This document shows positions 27,501 through 34,076 of a stretch of DNA of 48,587 bases, piece by piece (position 1 is the stretch's first letter; each line of letters begins with the position of its first letter). Below the pieces are notes generated by a model. That model had not been told where the DNA came from. It did not search any database and saw only the letters and a program-made list of their open reading frames with translations. Source of the stretch: Comamonadaceae bacterium. GTDB lineage: Bacteria; Pseudomonadota; Gammaproteobacteria; Burkholderiales; Burkholderiaceae_C. The stretch is from positions 1 to 48,587 of the forward strand of contig CANBTQ010000001.1 in the NCBI GenBank assembly GCA_947372425.1. Reading direction: 5' to 3'. Position numbers and translations under genes: made by a program.

Positions 27501-30500
27501 CGCCGAACGCAATGGTGTTGCCATGGCACTGCGAGCATTCGCCGGTGCCCAGGTGGGCCGCATCGTCCACCGAGGTAATCGTTCCGCCGCTGACGGGGCG
27601 GGTGTGGAAGCCGGTGTACAGGTCGGTGGCGACGCCGGTGTAGCTGGGCGGGTTGCGACGGTAGTCGGCCATGCCCATGCCCATCCAGGTCATGCCGGCT
27701 TCGTGGCAGTTGTTGCAAGTGGTCACGCCGCTGTGGATGGCGATGGAGGTGGGCGCCGGGTTCTGGAACAGGCTGCCCGGAACATTGTGGATGGCCGTCA
27801 CCGACGAAAGCCCGGTTGGCACCACACCAACGTGGCAGCTGTCACAGGTGGCCGACGTCGGCATATGGGAGCTCGTGCCTGCCGGCGAGGTGGCGGGCAT
27901 CAGCACGATGCTGGAAATGCCGTAGTAGCTGGCACCGCCGGCGTGGCAGGTGGCGCAGCTGACGTTGACACCCGTGTGGCTAAAGGCGGAGCCGCTGAAC
28001 CTGGAGGCTTCCGTCCACACGCCGGGCGCCAGACTGGTGCCCGCGCCAACGTGGCAGGTTTCGCAACCGGCGCTACCCATGGGCACGTGGTTGCCGATGG
28101 GCGGCACGATGGGACGCAAGGTGGTGGTGGGCGCAAATTCTTTGGCGGCGGCAGCGCTGTGGCACTGCTGGCAGTTGCCGCTCGGATTTTGAATATAGGC
28201 GTGGATATTGGCGATGGTGGGCGCCGTACCAAAGCTGACGTGGCAGGCACCGCATGCCGTGTTGGCTACATAAGGGATGTGGTGTGCCGGTGCAACCGGC
28301 GTACTGAAGTAGTCAAAGCTCAGGTGGCAGGCGGAACAATCGGTCGGGCCGGGCGGGTGCGGCGAAAGGTCGGCAACGGAATACCCGCCGCCACCCGGTG
28401 TGGGCCGGGTATGGAAGCCGGTGTAGGACGCATTGGCGATGTATTGGGTGGGTGCGCGGGTGTAGCCCGACACACCGATCCAGTTCATACCGGCCTCGTG
28501 GCAGGTGTTGCAGCTGCCGCTGACGCCACTGTGAATCGCGCCCGGCGTGGGCAGGGGGCTGGAGAACTGGCTGCCCGGCACGCTGTGGGCCAGGGTGACG
28601 GAAATCAAACCCGACGGCGCGGTGTGACAACTCTCGCAGCTGGCCGTGGTGGGCAGGTGCCCGCTGGTGGCAAATGTGGTGGGCCTGACGACCAGGCTGG
28701 TGGCCGACACACCGTAGAAACTGCTTGCACTCACGCTGGCGCCGTGGCAGGCATCGCAACCACTGCTGACGCCCTTGTGGTTGAACTGTCCACCTGCAAA
28801 CGTGTTGGGGGCGGTGCCGCCGCTGAAGGGGATTTGCACTGCCGGCACGCTGGTGTGGCAGTCTTCACAAACCTGCGACGAGGCGATGTGCGAGGGTGCC
28901 AGTCCGATCCGGTTTTTGGGCGTGATACCGGCATAGGTACCGGTCACAACGCCATCGCCGTGGCAAGTCGCGCAGCCGGATTGGATGCCGGTATGCACGA
29001 AGCCCGATTTGCTGAACTTGTCACCGTCAACGACGGTTGCATGCACATCGCTGCCCGGCGCAACGTGGCAGGCATCGCAAGCCTGTCCGTTCATGGCAAT
29101 GTGGTTGGCGGGTGGCGCGGTGATGACGGGCGTCATGGGATACGTGGTGGTATCTCCATGGCACTGCGCACAGGTTGTGCCGGCCCTGGCATTGGCATGG
29201 ATATCGGTCAGCCCGGGCATGACCTTGTAGTCACCGGTCTTGTGGCAGGTGGCACACGCGGCCGTGGCGACGATGGGTATGTGGTTGCTCGGCAGGTTGG
29301 TTGCCAGAAATCCGTCGTTGATGGTGTGGCAGGTGGCGCAATCGCCACCGGTCTGGTGTGCCGGGTCCGCAATCGAATAACCGCCACCGCCAATATTGGG
29401 CCGGGTCTGGAATCCGATATACGGTTGTGCGACCGAGGCGTTCAGGCTGGCCGTTCGCGGGCCGTACAAATCCATGCCGACCCAGGACAAGCCCGCTTCG
29501 TGGCAAGCCGCGCAGCTAACGCTCATGTTCGCATGAATGTCTGCGGACGAGGGCTTGAGCAACTGGAAACCGGTGCCCGGCACGGTGGCGGTGGCATTGG
29601 CTGCCAGCAAGCCGGATGGGGCGGGTTTGTGGCAAGTCTCGCAGGCGGCCGCGGTGGGAATATGTGCAGTCGGGCCGGACCCGCTGCTCGAAGGCATGGG
29701 AATGATGTTGTTGATGCCGAAGAAGCTGAGCGAAGTCCCGTTGCTGCCGTGGCAGCTCGTGCAGCCGGTGCTGACGCCGCCATGGTTGAACTTGGCGTTG
29801 GTGAATTTGGCACTGTTGCCGACCGGGAGCTGCACGCCGCTGCCAGCGACCAGGTGACAGGTTTCGCAGGCCTGGCCATTCATGCCGATATGGTTGTCCG
29901 GCGGGGCCTTGATGGGCGGGACCATATGCGCCGAGCTGTAGGCCGACGCAGCAGCACTGCTATGGCACTGCTGGCAGTTGGTGCTGCTGGAAGGCGCGTT
30001 CTCGTGAATGGCCTGCAGAGTGGGCATCTTCGCGTAGTCGGCGTCGGTGTGGCAATTGGTACAGGAGACCGCCGCGATAGGAATGTGGTTGTTCGGAATC
30101 TTGGGGCCGGTGAACTGGATGGTGGTGTGGCACTTGTCGCAGGCCTGGCCTTGGGCCAGGACGGCCGCATGGGTCGCGTCCGGCGGACTGGTGCGCACGC
30201 CAGGATGCGGGTTGGCGGGGCTGTGGCAGTTCAGGCAGGCAAGGGTTTTGACCGCCACGTGGTTGAAGGTGAGCGCGGCATCGGCAAACTGCGCCATATT
30301 GGCCTGGTGGCAGCTTTCGCAAGGGGCGTTGCCGGTCGGGATATGGTTGACCGGCATGACCGAGAAGGTGGCACGCGGGTTGTTCCAGCCGTGGCAGGAA
30401 GCGCAGTCCTTGGGTGTGCCCTTGAACACGCCTTTCAGGTGACAGGTTTCGCAGCGCACATTCTGGTGCTGTGCATTCAGGACAAAACCGGTGCTGCTGT

Positions 30501-30651
30501 GGTCAAAGTCGTTACCCGATTGCTGGGCCTGGGCCAACTGCATGGCCCCCAGTTGCATCAGGGCCATGGCAAGCAAAGCCAATCCGCCCATCCAGAGGGG
30601 CTTCAGTGCACGCCTGCGCAGCAACGCAAGCAGATTTTTTAGCTTGGCCAT
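21541..30651 (-). CDS. Giant multiheme c-type cytochrome (3036 aa, about 79 heme-binding motifs), probably extracellular
   Basis: Hand count of 78 CxxCH plus one CX4CH; signal peptide ending AQA; GAGG RBS; Ser/Thr/Gly/Pro-rich. Confidence 0.95.
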   Translation of the reverse strand: MAKLKNLLALLRRRALKPLWMGGLALLAMALMQLGAMQLAQAQQSGNDFDHSSTGFVLNAQHQNVRCETCHLKGVFKGTPKDCASCHGWNNPRATFSVMPVNHIPTGNAPCESCHQANMAQFADAALTFNHVAVKTLACLNCHSPANPHPGVRTSPPDATHAAVLAQGQACDKCHTTIQFTGPKIPNNHIPIAAVSCTNCHTDADYAKMPTLQAIHENAPSSSTNCQQCHSSAAASAYSSAHMVPPIKAPPDNHIGMNGQACETCHLVAGSGVQLPVGNSAKFTNAKFNHGGVSTGCTSCHGSNGTSLSFFGINNIIPMPSSSGSGPTAHIPTAAACETCHKPAPSGLLAANATATVPGTGFQLLKPSSADIHANMSVSCAACHEAGLSWVGMDLYGPRTASLNASVAQPYIGFQTRPNIGGGGYSIADPAHQTGGDCATCHTINDGFLATNLPSNHIPIVATAACATCHKTGDYKVMPGLTDIHANARAGTTCAQCHGDTTTYPMTPVITAPPANHIAMNGQACDACHVAPGSDVHATVVDGDKFSKSGFVHTGIQSGCATCHGDGVVTGTYAGITPKNRIGLAPSHIASSQVCEDCHTSVPAVQIPFSGGTAPNTFAGGQFNHKGVSSGCDACHGASVSASSFYGVSATSLVVRPTTFATSGHLPTTASCESCHTAPSGLISVTLAHSVPGSQFSSPLPTPGAIHSGVSGSCNTCHEAGMNWIGVSGYTRAPTQYIANASYTGFHTRPTPGGGGYSVADLSPHPPGPTDCSACHLSFDYFSTPVAPAHHIPYVANTACGACHVSFGTAPTIANIHAYIQNPSGNCQQCHSAAAAKEFAPTTTLRPIVPPIGNHVPMGSAGCETCHVGAGTSLAPGVWTEASRFSGSAFSHTGVNVSCATCHAGGASYYGISSIVLMPATSPAGTSSHMPTSATCDSCHVGVVPTGLSSVTAIHNVPGSLFQNPAPTSIAIHSGVTTCNNCHEAGMTWMGMGMADYRRNPPSYTGVATDLYTGFHTRPVSGGTITSVDDAAHLGTGECSQCHGNTIAFGAPVKPDNHIPFDANVGCAACHGNFSSLPKVSAIHLYSQSIVGCDQCHSTAKAAFYSTGMKTAVVTVPDLHISMGGLGCEGCHVGAGSSVASALVPDGAKFSGSLFNHASSTVSCATCHGATVTASTFKGVYPKTIGNLAPAHVPTTAGAACDTCHTNGAPTGLVPALGMTTFANAQFLHPAANTGCEACHGPNISNSSFYGINPIIVMPSTAAPSGHLPTSTTCENCHASSKPTALIPASSTRNVPGSLFQAPAPDSVTIHNDAKVSCNSCHEAGLSWMGMNLLSPPRTTSGTGNYYGFQTRPLLNASGYSVADGGHPDQSSGDCSLCHGDTLAFGQPSQPNGHIPYVANTACATCHVKFGTAPTVGVIHTYIQSTTSNCQQCHDSANVGQFKATTTLKPIQTQDSSFNNHIPLGGLDCSACHMGAGTSMPAGSVPEGSKFSGSAFIHTGITTNCGDCHGSGVAAGTFYGVTPKSIYGLTPRHIPTSSNVGCEICHANSIPPGLVPSTGYTGSPSFSGGQFIHTDFTTGCAACHGATITNSSFKGVSSLVVMQTSGANAHIPTTAACENCHSGSGSIPAGLLSVTAAHPVPGSGFNVSPPDSPTIHSNVTGTCASCHEAGLSWVGVASAYPRNQTSVQTNNPNYLYTGFHTRPMIANATGTSMLDIGHPDKGDCSQCHGNTDAFGAASLPTPHIPYNGSANCAACHTAWGTPPTITAIHANLPTNSACADCHSRANADTYSSNATRAVVGPDAAKHVPMRSQTCESCHTSSLTLPMPLTAKFSGSSFSHGSNMTSNCAECHGPAITGASFQGITSIVMMPPSITAGATSHIPSSTTCEDCHRNAMPTALVPGNAPHAAPNSGFLLQPPKTDAIHAGVSGSCNTCHEKGMDWMGMAPYLATQVAPYHGFQTRPYGTKTNNSVQDSLHPVDRDCSDCHSGFTVWEATAKPLNHIPTASVTCGTCHTNPDYGVWPSNALTHANAPVNAKCADCHSAANAAYYSTSKMTVVGASDGSTTPVHIPMANLDCADCHVGGSSSMTSATQNGAKFSNSGFSHANATASCASCHSGVTPTTFQGGIVPVSMTAPVLSPIHVPNPAGTDCGVCHLNVPVGQSKIGNTSTTFAAGQYSHAGIAKDCATCHGSNIGNSSFKGITKIVVLPAGSAGTSTNDHIPLTYSGTACETCHLGSMPSTLVPAVSTTTTLGATKFKYNGLQPPDGPSIHTGVSGACAACHEAGKVWLDLSLYPRNFTTLQPASTPPVQYKGFQTRPTSTGGGNSITDGNHPGGSAECAGCHGSTESFSAVDKNANHIPYSATAQCQNCHTNLASNGSGGYVSSSINFALPRPSIANIHQYAQSTTSNCEQCHSETNASYMSIAASGSGANAIPAYIIKSPITDGIVHIPYGNINKCDVCHVYKGGPLVTPVTGGTFAGGKFDHTSIGACEACHGDKITGSTFKGVTAIVAIPKSSPTPSATTHIPYAVACAACHTKNIPSGLVGVTSTGSLFASPAPVDNSTIHSNLGTLSCTDCHERGAQWLGMGTYYKPSPGVLNLSVLTTQYTGFQTRPGSAATPFGYADAKHTGTSSLDGGNCTSCHGSSTTSFIAAGKPPGHMPTTNASCADCHVTSATSGDYSYASSSVLSVAGIHKGISAVPASYTAPAAGAQSCNTCHTIGAGGTSGTAPFAGCKTQSNTDCSSAAITYQPMITTGLGPVTTATITHVPTATKTGTAVLSCDACHSSTSTFANTTMGSAGHANAKTAGMLCSQCHEDKLAWTNVKGFETRTPSKHTSTKQKIPNECDGGNCHSYASGFHNHRSLLKPVMRSAHVNPDMSLIRPNTQGGKLSRGSLGNSYDHKGVEAGKCKTCHDGKSASGMPARHLMVGTSCDTCHRPTTWLPAQFNHNGVSANTCQACHNGMNASGRPAGHFNTTRSCDNCHKNMSWLPANYHHISPLYVASPDKLTCISCHVTNGELIRRQLRGLTRTKPIPVGP

Positions 30652-30685
30652 TAGCAGTTACCTCGATTTTCGATGTAGTGTGAAT

Positions 30686-32515
30686 TCATTTTTCCGACCC
30701 CTGACCTGCGCGACTTTTTACTTTTTTCCAGCTGTCCACCTGGTGGCACTGCTCACAGCGGGGGCCGAAACCACCGTTGTGCACATCATCCTTGCGGTGG
30801 CAGGCCACACAGGCCGTGCCGACGGGTGCCGCATCCTTGTCGGGCGGCGCCACCTGTTTGTGGCAACTCGCACAGGCCACCTTGGCGTGCGAACTCTCCA
30901 ACCGGTATTTGGTGCGGGTGTCGTGGTCAAACGACCAGGTAGTCCAGGCCCGCGCGTTGTGGCAGGACTCGCAGCGCACGCCGAACACCTGCTTGTGCTT
31001 GTCGTCCTTCTTGTGGCAGCTGTAGCAATCGCGCGCGGCGTCCTTGTAACGCAGGCTGCTGTGGCAGGCCTTGCACTCGGTGAGGATGTGCTTGCCGGTG
31101 AGCGGGAAGCGCGACTTGCCGTGGTTGAAGCTGGTGCCCTTCCAGGCCTTGTCGTTGTGGCAGCTCTCGCATTTGTCGCCCAGCTGGGTTTCGTGCTTGT
31201 CGTCCTTCTTGTGGCAGCTGATGCACAGCAGCGCGGTGTTGCGCATGCTGCTCAGGTCCTTGTGGCAGGCCACGCATTTCACGCTGGGAGCGGCATGGGC
31301 GTTGCGCAGCTGGAACTTGGTCTTGTCGTGCTGGAAGCGGCCTTCGGTTTTCTTCCAGTCCTGTTCGTTGTGGCAGTCGGCACAGGTGGTGCCCAGGTTG
31401 GCCTTGTGCTTGTCGTCCTTCAGGTGGCAACCGATGCAGTCCTTGGGTGCCTCTTTGAACAGCTGGCTCTTGTGGCACTCCTTGCACTCCACCTTGAAGT
31501 GTTTGCCCAGCAGCGGGAAGCTGGTTTTCTCGTGGTCAAACTTGGCCACTTCCTTCCAGTTTTTCTCGGTGTGGCAGGTCACGCAGTTGGTGCCCAGCGA
31601 CTCCTTGTGCTTGTCGTCCTTCTTGTGGCAGGCATAGCACTCCTGCTTGAGCTTGTCCTTGTACAGGTTGCCGGTGTGACAGGCCTTGCACTCGGTGCTG
31701 CTGTGCTTGCCCTTGAGCAGGTATTTGGTGTCCGTGTCGTGGTTGAAGGTGGAGGGCTTCCAGGCCTTGGTGCCGTGGCAGGTCTCGCACTTCTCGCCAT
31801 ACAGGCCCTTGTGGCCCTTTTGCTCGTCGTTCTTCTTGTGGCAGGCGTAGCAATTTTTCGGCGTGTCCTTGTAGACATTGTTCTTGTGGCAGTCCGCGCA
31901 CTTGACGTCCGTGTGCTTGCCGGTGAGGGCGAACTTGGTGGTGTCGTGGTCAAACTTGGCGTCCTTCCAGTCGGACTCGTTGTGGCAGTCGGCGCACTTG
32001 GTGCCCAGGCTGCCCTTGTGTTTGTCGTCCTTCTTGTGGCAGCTGTTGCAGTCCTGCGCCGCTTCGCGGTACTTCTTGCCGCTCACATGGCATTTTTCGC
32101 AGGCCACTTTCTCGTGCTTGCCCTTGAGGCTGTAATCGGTCTTGGCGTTGTGGTCGAACTTCTTCTTGTCAAAGTCGGTGCTTTTGAAGTCGCGGCCCTT
32201 GTGTTCGCTGTGGCAGCTCTTGCAGACAACGGGCTGCTCCAGGTGGCCGTGCATGCCGGTCTTGGCACGCACGTCGGCACCCACGGGTTTGTGGCAGTCC
32301 ATGCACAGGCGGTCCTGCGCCTTGCGGTCGAGTTTGACGTGGCACTGTTTGCAATCGTCCTCGTACTTGGCGTGGTCCTGCATCAGCTTGCCCGGCGCCA
32401 TGATGGACTCAATGCCCTGGGCCTGCGCGCCCGACACCCAGCACAGCAGCAGGCCGCAGGCTATCCACAGCAGGTGCCGGATGGTTTGCAGCAAGGAGGT
32501 GCGGGCGGTTGTCAT
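30686..32515 (-). CDS. Periplasmic multiheme cytochrome c (24 CxxCH, Lys-rich)
   Basis: Hand count of 24 CxxCH: an N-terminal triheme plus seven FDH..F.L.GKH-CxxCH-CxxCH-KKDDKH-CxxCH-W repeats; signal peptide ending AQA. Confidence 0.94.
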   Translation of the reverse strand: MTTARTSLLQTIRHLLWIACGLLLCWVSGAQAQGIESIMAPGKLMQDHAKYEDDCKQCHVKLDRKAQDRLCMDCHKPVGADVRAKTGMHGHLEQPVVCKSCHSEHKGRDFKSTDFDKKKFDHNAKTDYSLKGKHEKVACEKCHVSGKKYREAAQDCNSCHKKDDKHKGSLGTKCADCHNESDWKDAKFDHDTTKFALTGKHTDVKCADCHKNNVYKDTPKNCYACHKKNDEQKGHKGLYGEKCETCHGTKAWKPSTFNHDTDTKYLLKGKHSSTECKACHTGNLYKDKLKQECYACHKKDDKHKESLGTNCVTCHTEKNWKEVAKFDHEKTSFPLLGKHFKVECKECHKSQLFKEAPKDCIGCHLKDDKHKANLGTTCADCHNEQDWKKTEGRFQHDKTKFQLRNAHAAPSVKCVACHKDLSSMRNTALLCISCHKKDDKHETQLGDKCESCHNDKAWKGTSFNHGKSRFPLTGKHILTECKACHSSLRYKDAARDCYSCHKKDDKHKQVFGVRCESCHNARAWTTWSFDHDTRTKYRLESSHAKVACASCHKQVAPPDKDAAPVGTACVACHRKDDVHNGGFGPRCEQCHQVDSWKKVKSRAGQGSEK

Positions 32516-32528
32516 GCGGGAGTGCGGC

Positions 32529-33422
32529 TTAGTAGGCGTGGACCGCGTAGATGTGGACCAGGGTGGTCGCGATCAGCACATACACGAAGGGAATGTGGGC
32601 CACATGCCAGAGCGAGAACAAAAACGAGTAGGCCGAGAACTGCGACACCCGGACCACCGAGTTCAGATAGGCGTCCACCGTCTTGCGGGCGCGGCTGCGG
32701 CGGCGCTGCAGATCCTGCTTGCTCCAGTGCTGGCTGGCAGCCATTTGCGGCAGCAGCAGTTCGAGCTCGGCCACGCATTGGCGGTACACCAGGTATTGCC
32801 GCAGGGGCAGCCAGAACACGGCACGGAAATTGGTGGCCCAGCCCTCGGGCGACTCCTGCTCGCGCTGCTCAAAGGCCTTGAGCCGCTGCTCCACGCGCGG
32901 GGCAAAGGCCAGGCGCGAGCGGGCATCTTCCTTGTCCATGCCGGCGTTGCGCATCAGGGTCTGCAGGTCGGTCTGCTCGCCCTGCAAGCCGCGGTTGATG
33001 CGCTGAAAGATAAAGCGTCCCACCACGCCGCTGCCGGCCACGATCAGCATGCTGTAGAGCGCCACCGCGGCATTCAGGGAACCGGTACGGAAGTTGGAGT
33101 GCAGCAGGATCATCAGCGGACCCAGCACGCCCAGCGCAATGTGCAGCCAGAACCAGCCCTTGATGCTGCCCCAGTTGCGGGCAAAGCGCACGTACTTGCG
33201 CAAGGGGTAGCTCAGCAGCACCAGCATCATGACGGCGCCCGTGACACCCACCCAATAGCCGGTGTCGTCCCCGGGCTCAAACAGCGCGAGCTGGCTGATA
33301 CGCCAGGTTCCCCACACCAACAGCGTCAACGTCAGGTAGACCAGCGTATCCCCGCCCAGGAGCTGCAAGGATGACTTGCTTTGCCCCCGGCTTGCCGGCT
33401 CCTTGTCTGCTGCAGTGTTCAT
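32529..33422 (-). CDS. Inner-membrane protein of the PCC3-like conduit (putative b-heme quinol oxidoreductase)
   Basis: TM helices with intramembrane His: WFWLHIALG..ILLHSNF and FSLWHVAHIPF..LVHIYAVH. Confidence 0.75.
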   Translation of the reverse strand: MNTAADKEPASRGQSKSSLQLLGGDTLVYLTLTLLVWGTWRISQLALFEPGDDTGYWVGVTGAVMMLVLLSYPLRKYVRFARNWGSIKGWFWLHIALGVLGPLMILLHSNFRTGSLNAAVALYSMLIVAGSGVVGRFIFQRINRGLQGEQTDLQTLMRNAGMDKEDARSRLAFAPRVEQRLKAFEQREQESPEGWATNFRAVFWLPLRQYLVYRQCVAELELLLPQMAASQHWSKQDLQRRRSRARKTVDAYLNSVVRVSQFSAYSFLFSLWHVAHIPFVYVLIATTLVHIYAVHAY

Positions 33423-33486
33423 ATTTATGTTGTTGGCGTGAATGCCATGTCCCGCCCACCCTGGAACGATTAAAAACTTGCCTCGA

Positions 33487-33558
33487 CCTTACAAAGAAGC
33501 CGTTACAAAAAGCTTAAGAAAAGCGGATTTTTTGTAAGGTTGTAGGCAAAAACCTACA
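33487..33558. promoter_or_regulatory. AT-rich promoter region with direct and inverted TTACAAA / TGTAGG-CCTACA repeats
   Basis: CCTTACAAA (33487) ... TTACAAA (33503) ... TTTGTAAGG (33531); TGTAGG-N6-CCTACA (33541-33558). Confidence 0.5.
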
Positions 33559-33626
33559 TTTTTGGGGGCTATCTTGGTAACAAGATGTACAGCGCCTCCA
33601 AGGGCGAAGGCGCTGCCTTGCGCAGC

Positions 33627-34025
33627 CTATGCGTCGGGGCGGCCGCCCGGTGTTTTGACCGGTGGGGTTTCGGACCGCGGTTGTTCCGCATCGCTGTACA
33701 GCATGGACAGCATGAAGCTCTCACCAAACTCTTCGTGGTCGCCCTTGTTGAGCTGGTAGGCCAGCGCAGCCCAGACCGACGCGTAGACGGCAATGGCCAG
33801 AATCACCATGAGCGAGAGAAAGTCAATCTGGCGCAAATGCACACCGGGCCACGGCGACTGGGTCAGAACATAGGCCGCCGCCAGAACCAGCAGGGTGACC
33901 AGCCGGCCGTAGCTGGCGGCATTGCGCACCCGGATCTTGCGTTTGCGCACCAAGGCCATGCCCAGCACGGCGAAGCCCAAGATGAGCGCCAGCAAAATCA
34001 ACGCTGCAAGGGTGATTGGTTTCAT
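33627..34025 (-). CDS. Small membrane protein (3 TM), unknown function
   Basis: 132 aa with three hydrophobic segments and a basic RKRKIRVR loop; co-oriented with its neighbours. Confidence 0.65.
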   Translation of the reverse strand: MKPITLAALILLALILGFAVLGMALVRKRKIRVRNAASYGRLVTLLVLAAAYVLTQSPWPGVHLRQIDFLSLMVILAIAVYASVWAALAYQLNKGDHEEFGESFMLSMLYSDAEQPRSETPPVKTPGGRPDA

Positions 34026-34076
34026 ATTTTGGGTGGTTTCAAGGACTGCTGCATTATCGGTGGTGTCGCCAGGCGC

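Noticed and set aside
30600-30630. Twin-arginine (Tat) signal in the giant cytochrome (LRRRAL)
   Set aside because: Poor match to S/T-R-R-x-F-L-K, and Ccm substrates are exported unfolded by Sec.
26125-30642. 1505-aa plus-strand ORF, and similar ones at 4803-6614, 11895-13688, 19917-21614, 24085-25839, 30491-32881 and 39947-41908
   Set aside because: Antisense shadows of real minus-strand genes with strong GC3 bias; no recognisable motifs.
21541-32515. Recurring GTGGCA hexamers as a CRISPR or DNA repeat array
   Set aside because: They are the reverse complement of Cys-His codons in CxxCH motifs.
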